This document shows, one piece after another, positions 10,144 through 17,577 of a stretch of DNA of 58,483 nucleotides; position 1 is the stretch's first letter; every line of letters starts with the position of its first letter. The position numbers were made by a program, and so were the translations under genes. Below the pieces are notes generated by a model. That model did no database searches. It saw nothing but the letters and a program-made list of their open reading frames with translations, and was not told the origin of the DNA. The stretch is from Sphingobacteriia bacterium (lineage in GTDB: Bacteria; Bacteroidota; Bacteroidia; J057; RFSG01), in contig RFSG01000003.1 of NCBI GenBank assembly GCA_009924095.1, positions 1 through 58,483 on the forward strand, read 5' to 3'.

Positions 10144-10695
10144 TTAGGCTTTAGATTCTTGAGGAGTTAAGGGAATACGCTCATAAGTAGGCATAATTCC
10201 ATTTTGAACATTTTCCAACAGGGTATCACATTTTTCCGGCGTGAGATGATGAACATAATGTCCATTGTTAAACTGTAATACAGGCGCAGTATCACAGGCA
10301 CCCAAGCATTCTGCTTCTCTTACCCAAAAAAGTTTATCGGGAGAAATGCCATCTGAATCAGCGTTAATTTTCTCCTTTAAGTAATTTAAGGTTTCTTTTC
10401 CTCCACATTCTCCACAGGTAAAACAAGTACATACTTCCAATAGATATTTACCCATGGGCTTTTTGAAGTACATGGTATAAAAACTTGCCACTCCATAAAC
10501 ATGCGCAAAGGATAAAGAAAGGGTATCGGCAACCAATTGAATAGCTTGGTCAGAAAGCCAACCATATTTTTCCTGTGCCATCCAAAGTACGGGCATAACC
10601 GCAGATTTAGGGTCTGGATATTTAGCGATATGTTGTTGAACTACTTCAAGTTCGGCCGGGGTAAAGGCAAAAGTCTGTGTTTCGTGGTCTAACAA
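10144..10695 (-). CDS. nuoE: NuoE-family thioredoxin-like [2Fe-2S] protein
   Basis: Shows YPDPKSAVMPVLWMAQEKYGWLS, and Cys clusters VCTCFTCGECGG and ECLGACDTAPV typical of NADH dehydrogenase subunit E. There is a 1-nt gap to the carA start. Confidence 0.85.
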   Translation of the reverse strand: MLDHETQTFAFTPAELEVVQQHIAKYPDPKSAVMPVLWMAQEKYGWLSDQAIQLVADTLSLSFAHVYGVASFYTMYFKKPMGKYLLEVCTCFTCGECGGKETLNYLKEKINADSDGISPDKLFWVREAECLGACDTAPVLQFNNGHYVHHLTPEKCDTLLENVQNGIMPTYERIPLTPQESKA

Positions 10696-10912
10696 GGGAT
10701 CCTCCTGTTGTATTTGAGTTAAGGCAAAGATAAGGATTAGTCCCTATGTTTACACACCCACATCGTTGAAAACCATAAATCATCATCGGCACGAGATAAA
10801 TTCAAGAATTCTCACCTAGTGAAACTGGCCTTCCCCCACAAAAGTGAAAATCCTAGCAACCTTTTTTTTATTACTTTTGATTTTAATCCATCACGTTCAA
10901 TAGCCGTAATAC

Positions 10913-11950
10913 ATGAAGTTTACAGCCGAGCAGATTGCCACACTGCTGGGAGGAATAGTAGAAGGGGAAGGCAACCTTGAGGTCAGTCGCTTGGCCAAAA
11001 TAGAACAGGGAGTACCTGGTGCTATTTCATTTTTGGCTAACCCTAAATATATTCCCTATATCTATGAAACTGACTCTTCAGTGGTATTGGTGAATAAGGA
11101 TTTTATTCCGGATAAACCCATAAAAGCCACTTTGATTCGGGTAGAGGATGCCTATACCTCCTTTACTAAGTTATTGGAAATGGCAGAAGGATTATTGGCA
11201 AATCGTACCGGACAAGAAGACCCTAATTTTATTCATCCCAGTGCTGAGATTGGAGAAAACACTTATATAGGAGCATTTGTATATATCGGTGAACAAGCTA
11301 AAATTGGAAAGGGCGCTAAGATTTATCCTTTCACCTATATTGATTCCGGCGTTGAAATTGGAGAAGACAGTATTTTAAAAGCGGGTGTTAAAGTGTTGAG
11401 AAATTGTATCATCGGTAACCGATGCATATTACACGCTGGGGTTGTGATTGGTAGTGATGGGTTTGGCTTTGCCCCTCAAAAAGATGGGCAGCTTAAAAAA
11501 ATCCCACAAACGGGAATTGTTCGGTTAGAAGATGAGGTTGAAATTGGCGCCAATACTTGTATTGATCGGGCAACCTTAGGCGAAACCCTCCTTAAACAAG
11601 GCGCTAAAATTGACAACTTAGTGCAAATTGCCCATAATGTAGAAATAGGGCAACATACTGCGATCGCTTCTCAAACCGGAATTAGTGGCAGCACTAAAAT
11701 TGGTAAATATTGTTTAGTCGGCGGACAAGTAGGATTTGTTGGCCATTTATCCATTGCCGACCGAACCCAAATCGGTGGACAGTCCGGTATCAGCAAAAAT
11801 GTAGAATCTGAAGGATTAATCTTAAGAGGCTCCCCAGCTCAACCCATCCGGGAGCAGTTAAGAACAGAAGCATTACTCAAACAATTGGAAGCAATGTATG
11901 CCAGAATTCAAGAGTTAGAGAAAAAAGTAGCAAATTTGAGTTCTCAATAA
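10913..11950 (+). CDS. lpxD: UDP-3-O-acylglucosamine N-acyltransferase
   Basis: LpxD N-domain (FTAEQIATLLGG...ISFLANPKY) followed by left-handed beta-helix hexapeptide repeats. It is the first gene of the lpxD-lpxC/fabZ-lpxA cluster. Confidence 0.95.
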   Translation: MKFTAEQIATLLGGIVEGEGNLEVSRLAKIEQGVPGAISFLANPKYIPYIYETDSSVVLVNKDFIPDKPIKATLIRVEDAYTSFTKLLEMAEGLLANRTGQEDPNFIHPSAEIGENTYIGAFVYIGEQAKIGKGAKIYPFTYIDSGVEIGEDSILKAGVKVLRNCIIGNRCILHAGVVIGSDGFGFAPQKDGQLKKIPQTGIVRLEDEVEIGANTCIDRATLGETLLKQGAKIDNLVQIAHNVEIGQHTAIASQTGISGSTKIGKYCLVGGQVGFVGHLSIADRTQIGGQSGISKNVESEGLILRGSPAQPIREQLRTEALLKQLEAMYARIQELEKKVANLSSQ

Positions 11951-11965
11951 AGAAACATTTTCTTA

Positions 11966-13363
11966 ATGTTTACAAAACAACACACAATTGGAAAGTCTGT
12001 AACGGTATCCGGAATTGGTTTACATACCGGTGTAGAGGTAAGTATGACTTTTCATCCGGCTGAGGAAAATCATGGATTTGTATTCTGTCGTACAGATATG
12101 CCCGGTTCTCCTCGTGTTCGAGCAGATGTAGATAATGTGATAGACACCCTTAGAGGTACTACCCTATCTGAAAATGGAGCACAAGTCCATACCGTAGAAC
12201 ACACCTTAGCGGCGCTCGTAGGCTTGCAAATTGATAATGTTCTAATTGCCTTAGATGGACCTGAACCTCCCGTCATGGATGGAAGTTCAGCAGTCTATTT
12301 AGCTGCCCTCAAATCAGCTGGCATTATTGAACAAGAAGCCGATCGTGAATTTTTTATTCTGGAAGAAGCCCTTCATTATGCCGAACCGGATCGAGGAGTA
12401 GATATTGCCGCATTGCCTCAAGACGACTTGAGAATAACTGTAATGGTAGATTATAATAGCCCTGTCTTGGGTTCTCAACATGCTACCTTGGTTAATATCG
12501 AAGATTTTGAAAATGAATTTGCCCCTAGCCGTACATTTTGTTTTCTCCATGAACTAGAGATGTTGGTAGAGAAAGGCTTGATACGAGGGGGAGATCTTAA
12601 TAATGCAATCGTAATTGTGGATAGAGAGATAGATGAAGCACAGATAAAAAAACTTGCTTTATTATTCAACCGAGATTTTATTACCGTTGCTAAAGAGGGA
12701 ATTCTGAATAATACAGAATTAAGATTTAGGAATGAGCCCGCACGACATAAACTATTAGATCTATTAGGGGATCTTGCATTAGCAGGGGTTGTCGTAAAAG
12801 GACAAATCATTGCGGCACGTCCCGGTCATGCGGCCAATGTAGAATTCGCCAGAAAAATTAAAAACTTATACAAGCAACAAAAGATAGCTCGTAAGTTTAA
12901 AACCGGTCAAAGTAAAAATGGAGTGGTCTTCGATATTAATGCCATTCATAATATTTTACCGCACCGTTACCCATTTTTATTGGTAGACAAGGTTACCAGC
13001 TTTTCAGAAAAACATATTGAAGGAATTAAAAATGTAACCATCAATGAGCCATTTTTTGTTGGGCACTTTGAAGGAAATCCTATCATGCCAGGGGTGTTGC
13101 AATTGGAAGCCATGGCTCAAATCGGTGGAATATTATTACTCAATACCATTGATAATCCTAAGGATGTTTGGGTATATTTCCTCGCAATTGATAATGCTCG
13201 ATTTAAAAAGCCCGTAATTCCAGGCGACACTTTGCATTTTAAATTAGAATTAAAAAGTATCAAACGAAATATCTGTATGCTGAGTGGAAAAGCTTATGTA
13301 GACGGTGCCTTGGTATGTGAAGCAGATTTGGTTTCCAGTTTCGTCAAAAAAGATAAGCCGTGA
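11966..13363 (+). CDS. lpxC/fabZ: Bifunctional UDP-3-O-acyl-GlcNAc deacetylase / 3-hydroxyacyl-ACP dehydratase
   Basis: The N-terminal part is LpxC (GIGLHTG, TVEHTLAAL, GHAANVEFA). The C-terminal part is the FabZ hot-dog fold (LPHRYPFLLVD, GHFEGNPIMPGVL). This fusion is characteristic of Bacteroidota. Confidence 0.97.
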   Translation: MFTKQHTIGKSVTVSGIGLHTGVEVSMTFHPAEENHGFVFCRTDMPGSPRVRADVDNVIDTLRGTTLSENGAQVHTVEHTLAALVGLQIDNVLIALDGPEPPVMDGSSAVYLAALKSAGIIEQEADREFFILEEALHYAEPDRGVDIAALPQDDLRITVMVDYNSPVLGSQHATLVNIEDFENEFAPSRTFCFLHELEMLVEKGLIRGGDLNNAIVIVDREIDEAQIKKLALLFNRDFITVAKEGILNNTELRFRNEPARHKLLDLLGDLALAGVVVKGQIIAARPGHAANVEFARKIKNLYKQQKIARKFKTGQSKNGVVFDINAIHNILPHRYPFLLVDKVTSFSEKHIEGIKNVTINEPFFVGHFEGNPIMPGVLQLEAMAQIGGILLLNTIDNPKDVWVYFLAIDNARFKKPVIPGDTLHFKLELKSIKRNICMLSGKAYVDGALVCEADLVSSFVKKDKP

Positions 13364-14154
13364 CCGATTATACTCAAAGATTCCCCCTCACCTCTATCCA
13401 TCCGGATGCCCGCATCGGGGAAGGGGTAGTTATTGAACCTTTTACGGTAATTCATGCCGATGTCGAAATCGGTGCAAATACCTGGATCGGTTCTAATGTT
13501 GCTATTCACGATGGCGCCAGAATAGGAAACGACTGCAAAATTTTTCCCGGCGCCGTAATATCCTCCATTCCTCAGGATTTAAAATTCAAAGGGGAAAAAA
13601 CCTATACCTATATCGGAAATCATACTACCCTTCGGGAATATGTAACCGTAAACCGGGGAACTGCTTATTTAAATTATACCCAGGTCGGCAATCACTGCAC
13701 TTTGTTAGCTTATTCCCATGTTGCTCATGATTGTGTCGTAGGAGATCATGTAATTATGTCGAATGCAGTGAATATGGCTGGGCATGTGGTGGTAGAAGAT
13801 TATGCGATCATTGGGGGATTAAGTGGTATTCATCAGTTTGTTCGGATTGGCCGACACACTATGATTGCTGCGGGTACGGTAATTCGCAAAGACGTTCCTC
13901 CTTTTACCAAAGCTGGACGTATGCCCTTAAGCTATGAAGGCGTTAATTCCATTGGTATGCGTCGCAGAGGGTTTACACCAGAAATGATTCAGCAAGTGCA
14001 AGAAATCTATCGTATCATCTTCTTGTCTGGAAATAATAATACCCAAGCCTTGGATGTGTTAGAAGCCAGAATTGGCGCTACTCCTGAACGAGATGAAATC
14101 ATCCAATTCATTCGCAATTCCAGCCGAGGAATTATGAAAGGATATATCGGATAA
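13360..14154 (+). CDS. lpxA: Acyl-ACP--UDP-GlcNAc O-acyltransferase
   Basis: Hexapeptide-repeat beta-helix plus the LpxA C-terminal helical domain (GVNSIGMRRRGF). Its GTG start overlaps the lpxC/fabZ stop (GTGA). Confidence 0.95.
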   Translation: MTDYTQRFPLTSIHPDARIGEGVVIEPFTVIHADVEIGANTWIGSNVAIHDGARIGNDCKIFPGAVISSIPQDLKFKGEKTYTYIGNHTTLREYVTVNRGTAYLNYTQVGNHCTLLAYSHVAHDCVVGDHVIMSNAVNMAGHVVVEDYAIIGGLSGIHQFVRIGRHTMIAAGTVIRKDVPPFTKAGRMPLSYEGVNSIGMRRRGFTPEMIQQVQEIYRIIFLSGNNNTQALDVLEARIGATPERDEIIQFIRNSSRGIMKGYIG

Positions 14155-14771
14155 TGTTTAAACTCCAGGCTACTTCTCTGGCAATACATTTCCATCAAAA
14201 GCGTTTATTTTATCCTATTTCTTTAAACTTATCCCAAGGGCAAGCCATTGCGGTGATTGGTCCGAATGGTAGCGGAAAAACTTCCTTGCTGCGTGCTTTT
14301 TGTGGTCAACTCCGACCCCAGGAAGGAACCTTATCCTGGTTTCATCAAGATAAACCCATAGAACCCGAAAACCTATATAAGTATTTAAGCTGGGCAGGAC
14401 CTTATCTTGATTTGTTCGCTGAACTCACCTTAGCACAACAATTGAAAATTCATTTTTCGCTTAAGCCTTGTGTATTTAAAGACCCCGTAAGAGATTGTGC
14501 TGAAGCCCTTAAATTATCAGAGCATTTGTCGAAACCTTTAAAACATTTTTCCTCCGGAATGTTGCACCGGCTTAAAATGGGTATGGCAATATTTACCGAC
14601 ACTCCCCTATTGGTATTAGATGAACCCACTGCAACCTTAGATGAAACTCAAAAAAATAATCTATTAAATCTTATCCAAGCGTATAGAAATGATAGATGTT
14701 TAATCTTAGCTTCTAACATTGAAGATGAGTATAAACATTTTGATTGTTTGGAGTTAAAGGGAGGTGGATAG
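14154..14771 (+). CDS. ABC transporter ATP-binding protein (stand-alone NBD)
   Basis: Walker A GPNGSGKTS, degenerate signature FSSGMLHRL, Walker B LLVLDEPT. Its start overlaps the lpxA stop (TAATG). Confidence 0.85.
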   Translation: MFKLQATSLAIHFHQKRLFYPISLNLSQGQAIAVIGPNGSGKTSLLRAFCGQLRPQEGTLSWFHQDKPIEPENLYKYLSWAGPYLDLFAELTLAQQLKIHFSLKPCVFKDPVRDCAEALKLSEHLSKPLKHFSSGMLHRLKMGMAIFTDTPLLVLDEPTATLDETQKNNLLNLIQAYRNDRCLILASNIEDEYKHFDCLELKGGG

Positions 14772-14928
14772 AGAATTTAATAAATGCGGATGTAACAGAT
14801 TAGTGACCATCACCTCGCCTGAGCCTCATGTAAAGGCTCCCCATTTATTGTACAGTTTAAAAGTAGAATAATTTACCCTTTAATTCTTACCCAACTAAAA
14901 CAATAAGCCCATAGAACCGGTTCCGTGC

Positions 14929-15013
14929 CCCCCCCCAACTTCGTATGGGGCATTGCAGAAGTTTCATAGTACCCTAACGAAACTATAATTGCCCTCTACG
15001 AAGTTGGGGGGGG
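14929..15013. repeat. 85-nt imperfect palindrome (long hairpin) in a convergent intergenic region
   Basis: The arms CCCCCCCCAACTTCGTA (14929-14945) and TACGAAGTTGGGGGGGG (14997-15013) are perfect reverse complements (17 bp). Inside them are GGGCA/TGCCC (14948-52/14990-94) and AGTTTC/GAAACT (14960-65/14979-84) around a 13-nt loop. Confidence 0.9.
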
Positions 15014-15029
15014 TTATAAGCTGCCTTGA

Positions 15030-15290
15030 TTATCGCTCACGCCATTTGTTTTCAAGACCCATAAAGTCCTCTAAATGATACACAAAGTCAGAATAGGCAA
15101 AAAGAATAGTCCTATCGTCAACTATAGTATACTTCTTTCTCTTTTCAACTGGCAACTTTTGAATTTCCGGAAAATATTTTAAAGGGACGATAATTAAGCG
15201 ACCGTCTTCTAATTTTAGAGTTATTTTACCAGCAATATCGAAACTTAACTTTTTGATACAAATTGGGGTGTTTTTGAGTGTGATTGACAT
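15030..15290 (-). CDS. DUF2442-family small protein
   Basis: 86-aa protein. The pattern (...LEDGRLIIVPLKYFPEIQKL...EKRKKYTIVDDRTILFAY...) and its position immediately downstream of a DUF4160-like gene fit the common DUF4160/DUF2442 pair. Confidence 0.7.
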   Translation of the reverse strand: MSITLKNTPICIKKLSFDIAGKITLKLEDGRLIIVPLKYFPEIQKLPVEKRKKYTIVDDRTILFAYSDFVYHLEDFMGLENKWRER

Positions 15291-15568
15291 TTACTTAAAT
15301 TTTAAAGTGGTAATTTTATGACCGTTTTTTACTTTGTTAAAAGATTCAATTAGGACCTTTTGATTCTTCTTAATCAAGTTAATAGCCTGATTTATTTCTT
15401 TATCAGTGAGTGTTCCGTTTCTACAACGCTGAGTGATTCTATCCAAATTTTTGCGGATCCCTGTCGAATTCCTTTTTCCTTAACAACATGTAAATGAGGG
15501 GGCTCTTTTAGAGCATCAAAGGAAAAAATAAAAAACGTCAGAAATTTATATACCGCAATTTTAGGCAT
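15291..15568 (-). pseudogene. DUF4160-family gene, apparently frameshifted
   Basis: My minus-strand translation from ATG 15568 gives MPKIAVYKFLTFFIFSFDALKEPPHLHVVKEKGIRQGSAKIWIESLSVVETEHSLIKK*, with a stop at 15392-15394. The -1 frame continues as ...KEINQAINLIKKNQKVLIESFNKVKNGHKITTLKFK*, ending one codon before the DUF2442 ATG. The EPPHLHV motif is the DUF4160 hallmark. Confidence 0.65.
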
Positions 15569-15867
15569 GTTCTAAGTTAGATCTTAAATTTCAAATTATC
15601 AACACTTATAGCAAGGTTGCTTATTACGCCAGACCCGATGGGCGGGCTTTTCAGCACAAAAGTTAGTTCGGAGAACAGAACTTTCTTTAATCACAAAACT
15701 GTCAAGCGGAGACGAAACCCCGCCTATTGCCAATGTGCTGTTATGCGGTCGTTTCTCTTCTCATTTTTCTGCTGTGATGAGTGGAAAAATAAGTTACGTT
15801 AATATTACAACATCACTGTCAATTCTTCATTTCATGTATTTGTCATAGACAATACCGTTAACCCCTT

Positions 15868-16091
15868 AGGTTTATCGACATCCTTCCGTCTAATGATACT
15901 TAAAGCTCCGGAGGTTTATCTTTTAAAAGTGCGGAGGAGTTTTCCTTAAAACCTCCGAGGTTTTAAGGCTGCAACTGGGCGGGTTTTGGGATAAAACCCC
16001 AGAGGTTTATCGACATCCTTCCGACTAATGATACTTAAAGCTCCGGAGGTTTATCGACATCCTTCCGCTGAATCATACCTGAAATTTCCGG
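15868..16091 (+). repeat. Direct repeats with a 44-bp unit (21-nt invariant core AGGTTTATCGACATCCTTCCG)
   Basis: Unit 15868-15911 and unit 16003-16046 differ at one base. A third unit at 16047-16091 directly abuts the second, shares the first 21 nt, and has a diverged tail. A 9-nt partial restart (AGGTTTATC) sits at 15912-15920. Confidence 0.9.
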
Positions 16092-16243
16092 GGGGTTAGC
16101 TCAGCACAATACAAATGGAAACTTCATTTCGCCCGATCGGAAATTTGTACATTAACCATAAAGTACTAATTTCAACCGCTGTCAGTCAAAGCAGTACTTC
16201 ACAGTACTCCTTTTTTTCCTTCCGGAACCACTAGTTTTTTGTT

Positions 16244-16570
16244 ATGCGTGTTTTTATTTCTGTAATTAACCCCTTTCAAGGGTTCAAAAAATTTTTATTT
16301 TTCATGGGTCTGACCCTGGCTATATTCCAGGTTCAGGGAGAAACAACCTTTGATTCTTGCCTCATTAAGATTCAACAATACAATCAAACCCAATCTCCGG
16401 AGGACAGTCTTCGGGCATTAGATTGCTTAAAAAAAATTGTACCCGTTAAGAATTACATTCCTGGCGCAAAATCCGCTTCCCCGTTAAAACCCTACATTAA
16501 AAGCATCACCTCGCTTGCCTGCGAATTGAAGATCAAAAATGTAGTTGCACTGAGATTCATCATCCGGTAA
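16244..16570 (+). CDS. Hypothetical small secreted protein
   Basis: 108-aa ORF with a signal-peptide-like KKFLFFMGLTLAIFQVQG and four Cys. It is the first of three closely spaced same-strand ORFs. I recognised no family. Confidence 0.45.
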   Translation: MRVFISVINPFQGFKKFLFFMGLTLAIFQVQGETTFDSCLIKIQQYNQTQSPEDSLRALDCLKKIVPVKNYIPGAKSASPLKPYIKSITSLACELKIKNVVALRFIIR

Positions 16571-16593
16571 AATCTAATTCCGATCTTCGGATA

Positions 16594-17565
16594 GTGGCAA
16601 AATATATAGATAAAACAACCACTCCATTAGAGAGTTTAAGGCTATCCTTAGATGGGGTTATATTATCCACCATTACCCCCATTTCTTATACCTATTCGGA
16701 GGAAGACTCTACCACCTCTTTAATTTTCAGAATGAGAAGAGATTCTTTAGCATACTGGGAAATGTTGTACCGACGACCCATCACTAGTATTTATCAATCG
16801 AGTCCGACAGCAATTTCTTTAGTCACCGTAGAGGGGAAAATTATCACTACCCCCAAATCTATTTATGTAAAAGCCACGAGTATGGTTCAGATAATATTGG
16901 GATTGGGATTAATTCTGATGACCTTAGGGTTGTTCTTGTATTACTCCCGGAAAACAGAGTTTTTGCGCGTTACCCTACCTAAAATGGACAAGTTACCTCC
17001 GATCGAGTCTATACCTTTTAGTTTATCCCGTTCCCAATTAGCCTGGTGGACTTTAATCGTAGGGGTAAGTTTTTGTTATATCTGGATTTTTACCGGAGAG
17101 TTAACAGCAATGACCTCCTCCACCTTGTTATTGTTAGGGATTAGTGGAGGCACGAGTTTTTTCGCTACGATGCTGAATAAAAAAGAACTAACTAAAATCA
17201 ATACTGCTCCGGCAGCGGATCCGGCAGTTGCACCAGCTATTATGCCCGCAGCCGCAGGAGATGGGCTTTCAGGCGGATATCCGGTAGTGGAGGTTCCGCC
17301 GGCTCCTCCTTTAATACCGGAAAACAAACCAGCAACGTTTTATCCTTCCAAAGGATTTTGGAAAGATATTCTGAAAGATGAAAAAGAAAATGGCATCAGC
17401 GTGCCCCGCTTTCAATTTGTCGTATTTACGCTGATCATCTCCGGATACTTTGTGTATTATGTTTACCAACATTTATCCATGCCGGAGATTGACCCAAACC
17501 TATTAACGCTTATGGGCATTAGTAGTATTGGATATGCAGGATTTAAAACCACAGAAAATAAATAA
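16594..17565 (+). CDS. Hypothetical multi-pass membrane protein with an internal Pro/Ala-rich linker
   Basis: About five hydrophobic helices (VQIILGLGLILMTLGLFLYY, LAWWTLIVGVSFCYIWIF, SSTLLLLGISGGTSFFATML, FQFVVFTLIISGYFVYYVY, LLTLMGISSIGYAGF) and a low-complexity TAPAADPAVAPAIMPAAAGDG...PPAPPLIP segment. The GTG start is uncertain. Confidence 0.6.
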   Translation: MAKYIDKTTTPLESLRLSLDGVILSTITPISYTYSEEDSTTSLIFRMRRDSLAYWEMLYRRPITSIYQSSPTAISLVTVEGKIITTPKSIYVKATSMVQIILGLGLILMTLGLFLYYSRKTEFLRVTLPKMDKLPPIESIPFSLSRSQLAWWTLIVGVSFCYIWIFTGELTAMTSSTLLLLGISGGTSFFATMLNKKELTKINTAPAADPAVAPAIMPAAAGDGLSGGYPVVEVPPAPPLIPENKPATFYPSKGFWKDILKDEKENGISVPRFQFVVFTLIISGYFVYYVYQHLSMPEIDPNLLTLMGISSIGYAGFKTTENK

Positions 17566-17577
17566 ACCATATACACT

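Noticed and set aside
14929-15013. Considered whether the long hairpin is an integron attC site (arm ends CCCCAAC / GTTGGGG next to a TA-like cassette)
   Set aside because: There is only one such site. The arms pair perfectly, without the unpaired central spacer or extrahelical bases typical of attC. The outermost consensus positions (R and Y) are not met, and no intI gene or second attC is visible. I kept it only as a test to run.
15617-15802. Considered the 61-codon ORF in the long intergenic gap as a gene
   Set aside because: It has a non-ATG start and odd composition (MGGLFSTKVSSENRTFF...CQCAVMRSFLFSFFCCDEW). It lies within repeat- and hairpin-rich DNA, and I recognised no family. I treat it as non-coding.
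15868-16091. Considered whether the 44-bp direct repeats are a small CRISPR array
   Set aside because: Units 2 and 3 abut directly with no spacer. The gap between units 1 and 2 is itself made of related words. There are only three copies, the repeat tails diverge, and no cas genes are in the window.
17076-17327. Considered the antisense 83-aa Gly/Ala/Pro-rich ORF
   Set aside because: It is the mirror image of the Pro/Ala-rich linker of the 16594-17565 membrane protein, so it is a compositional artefact.
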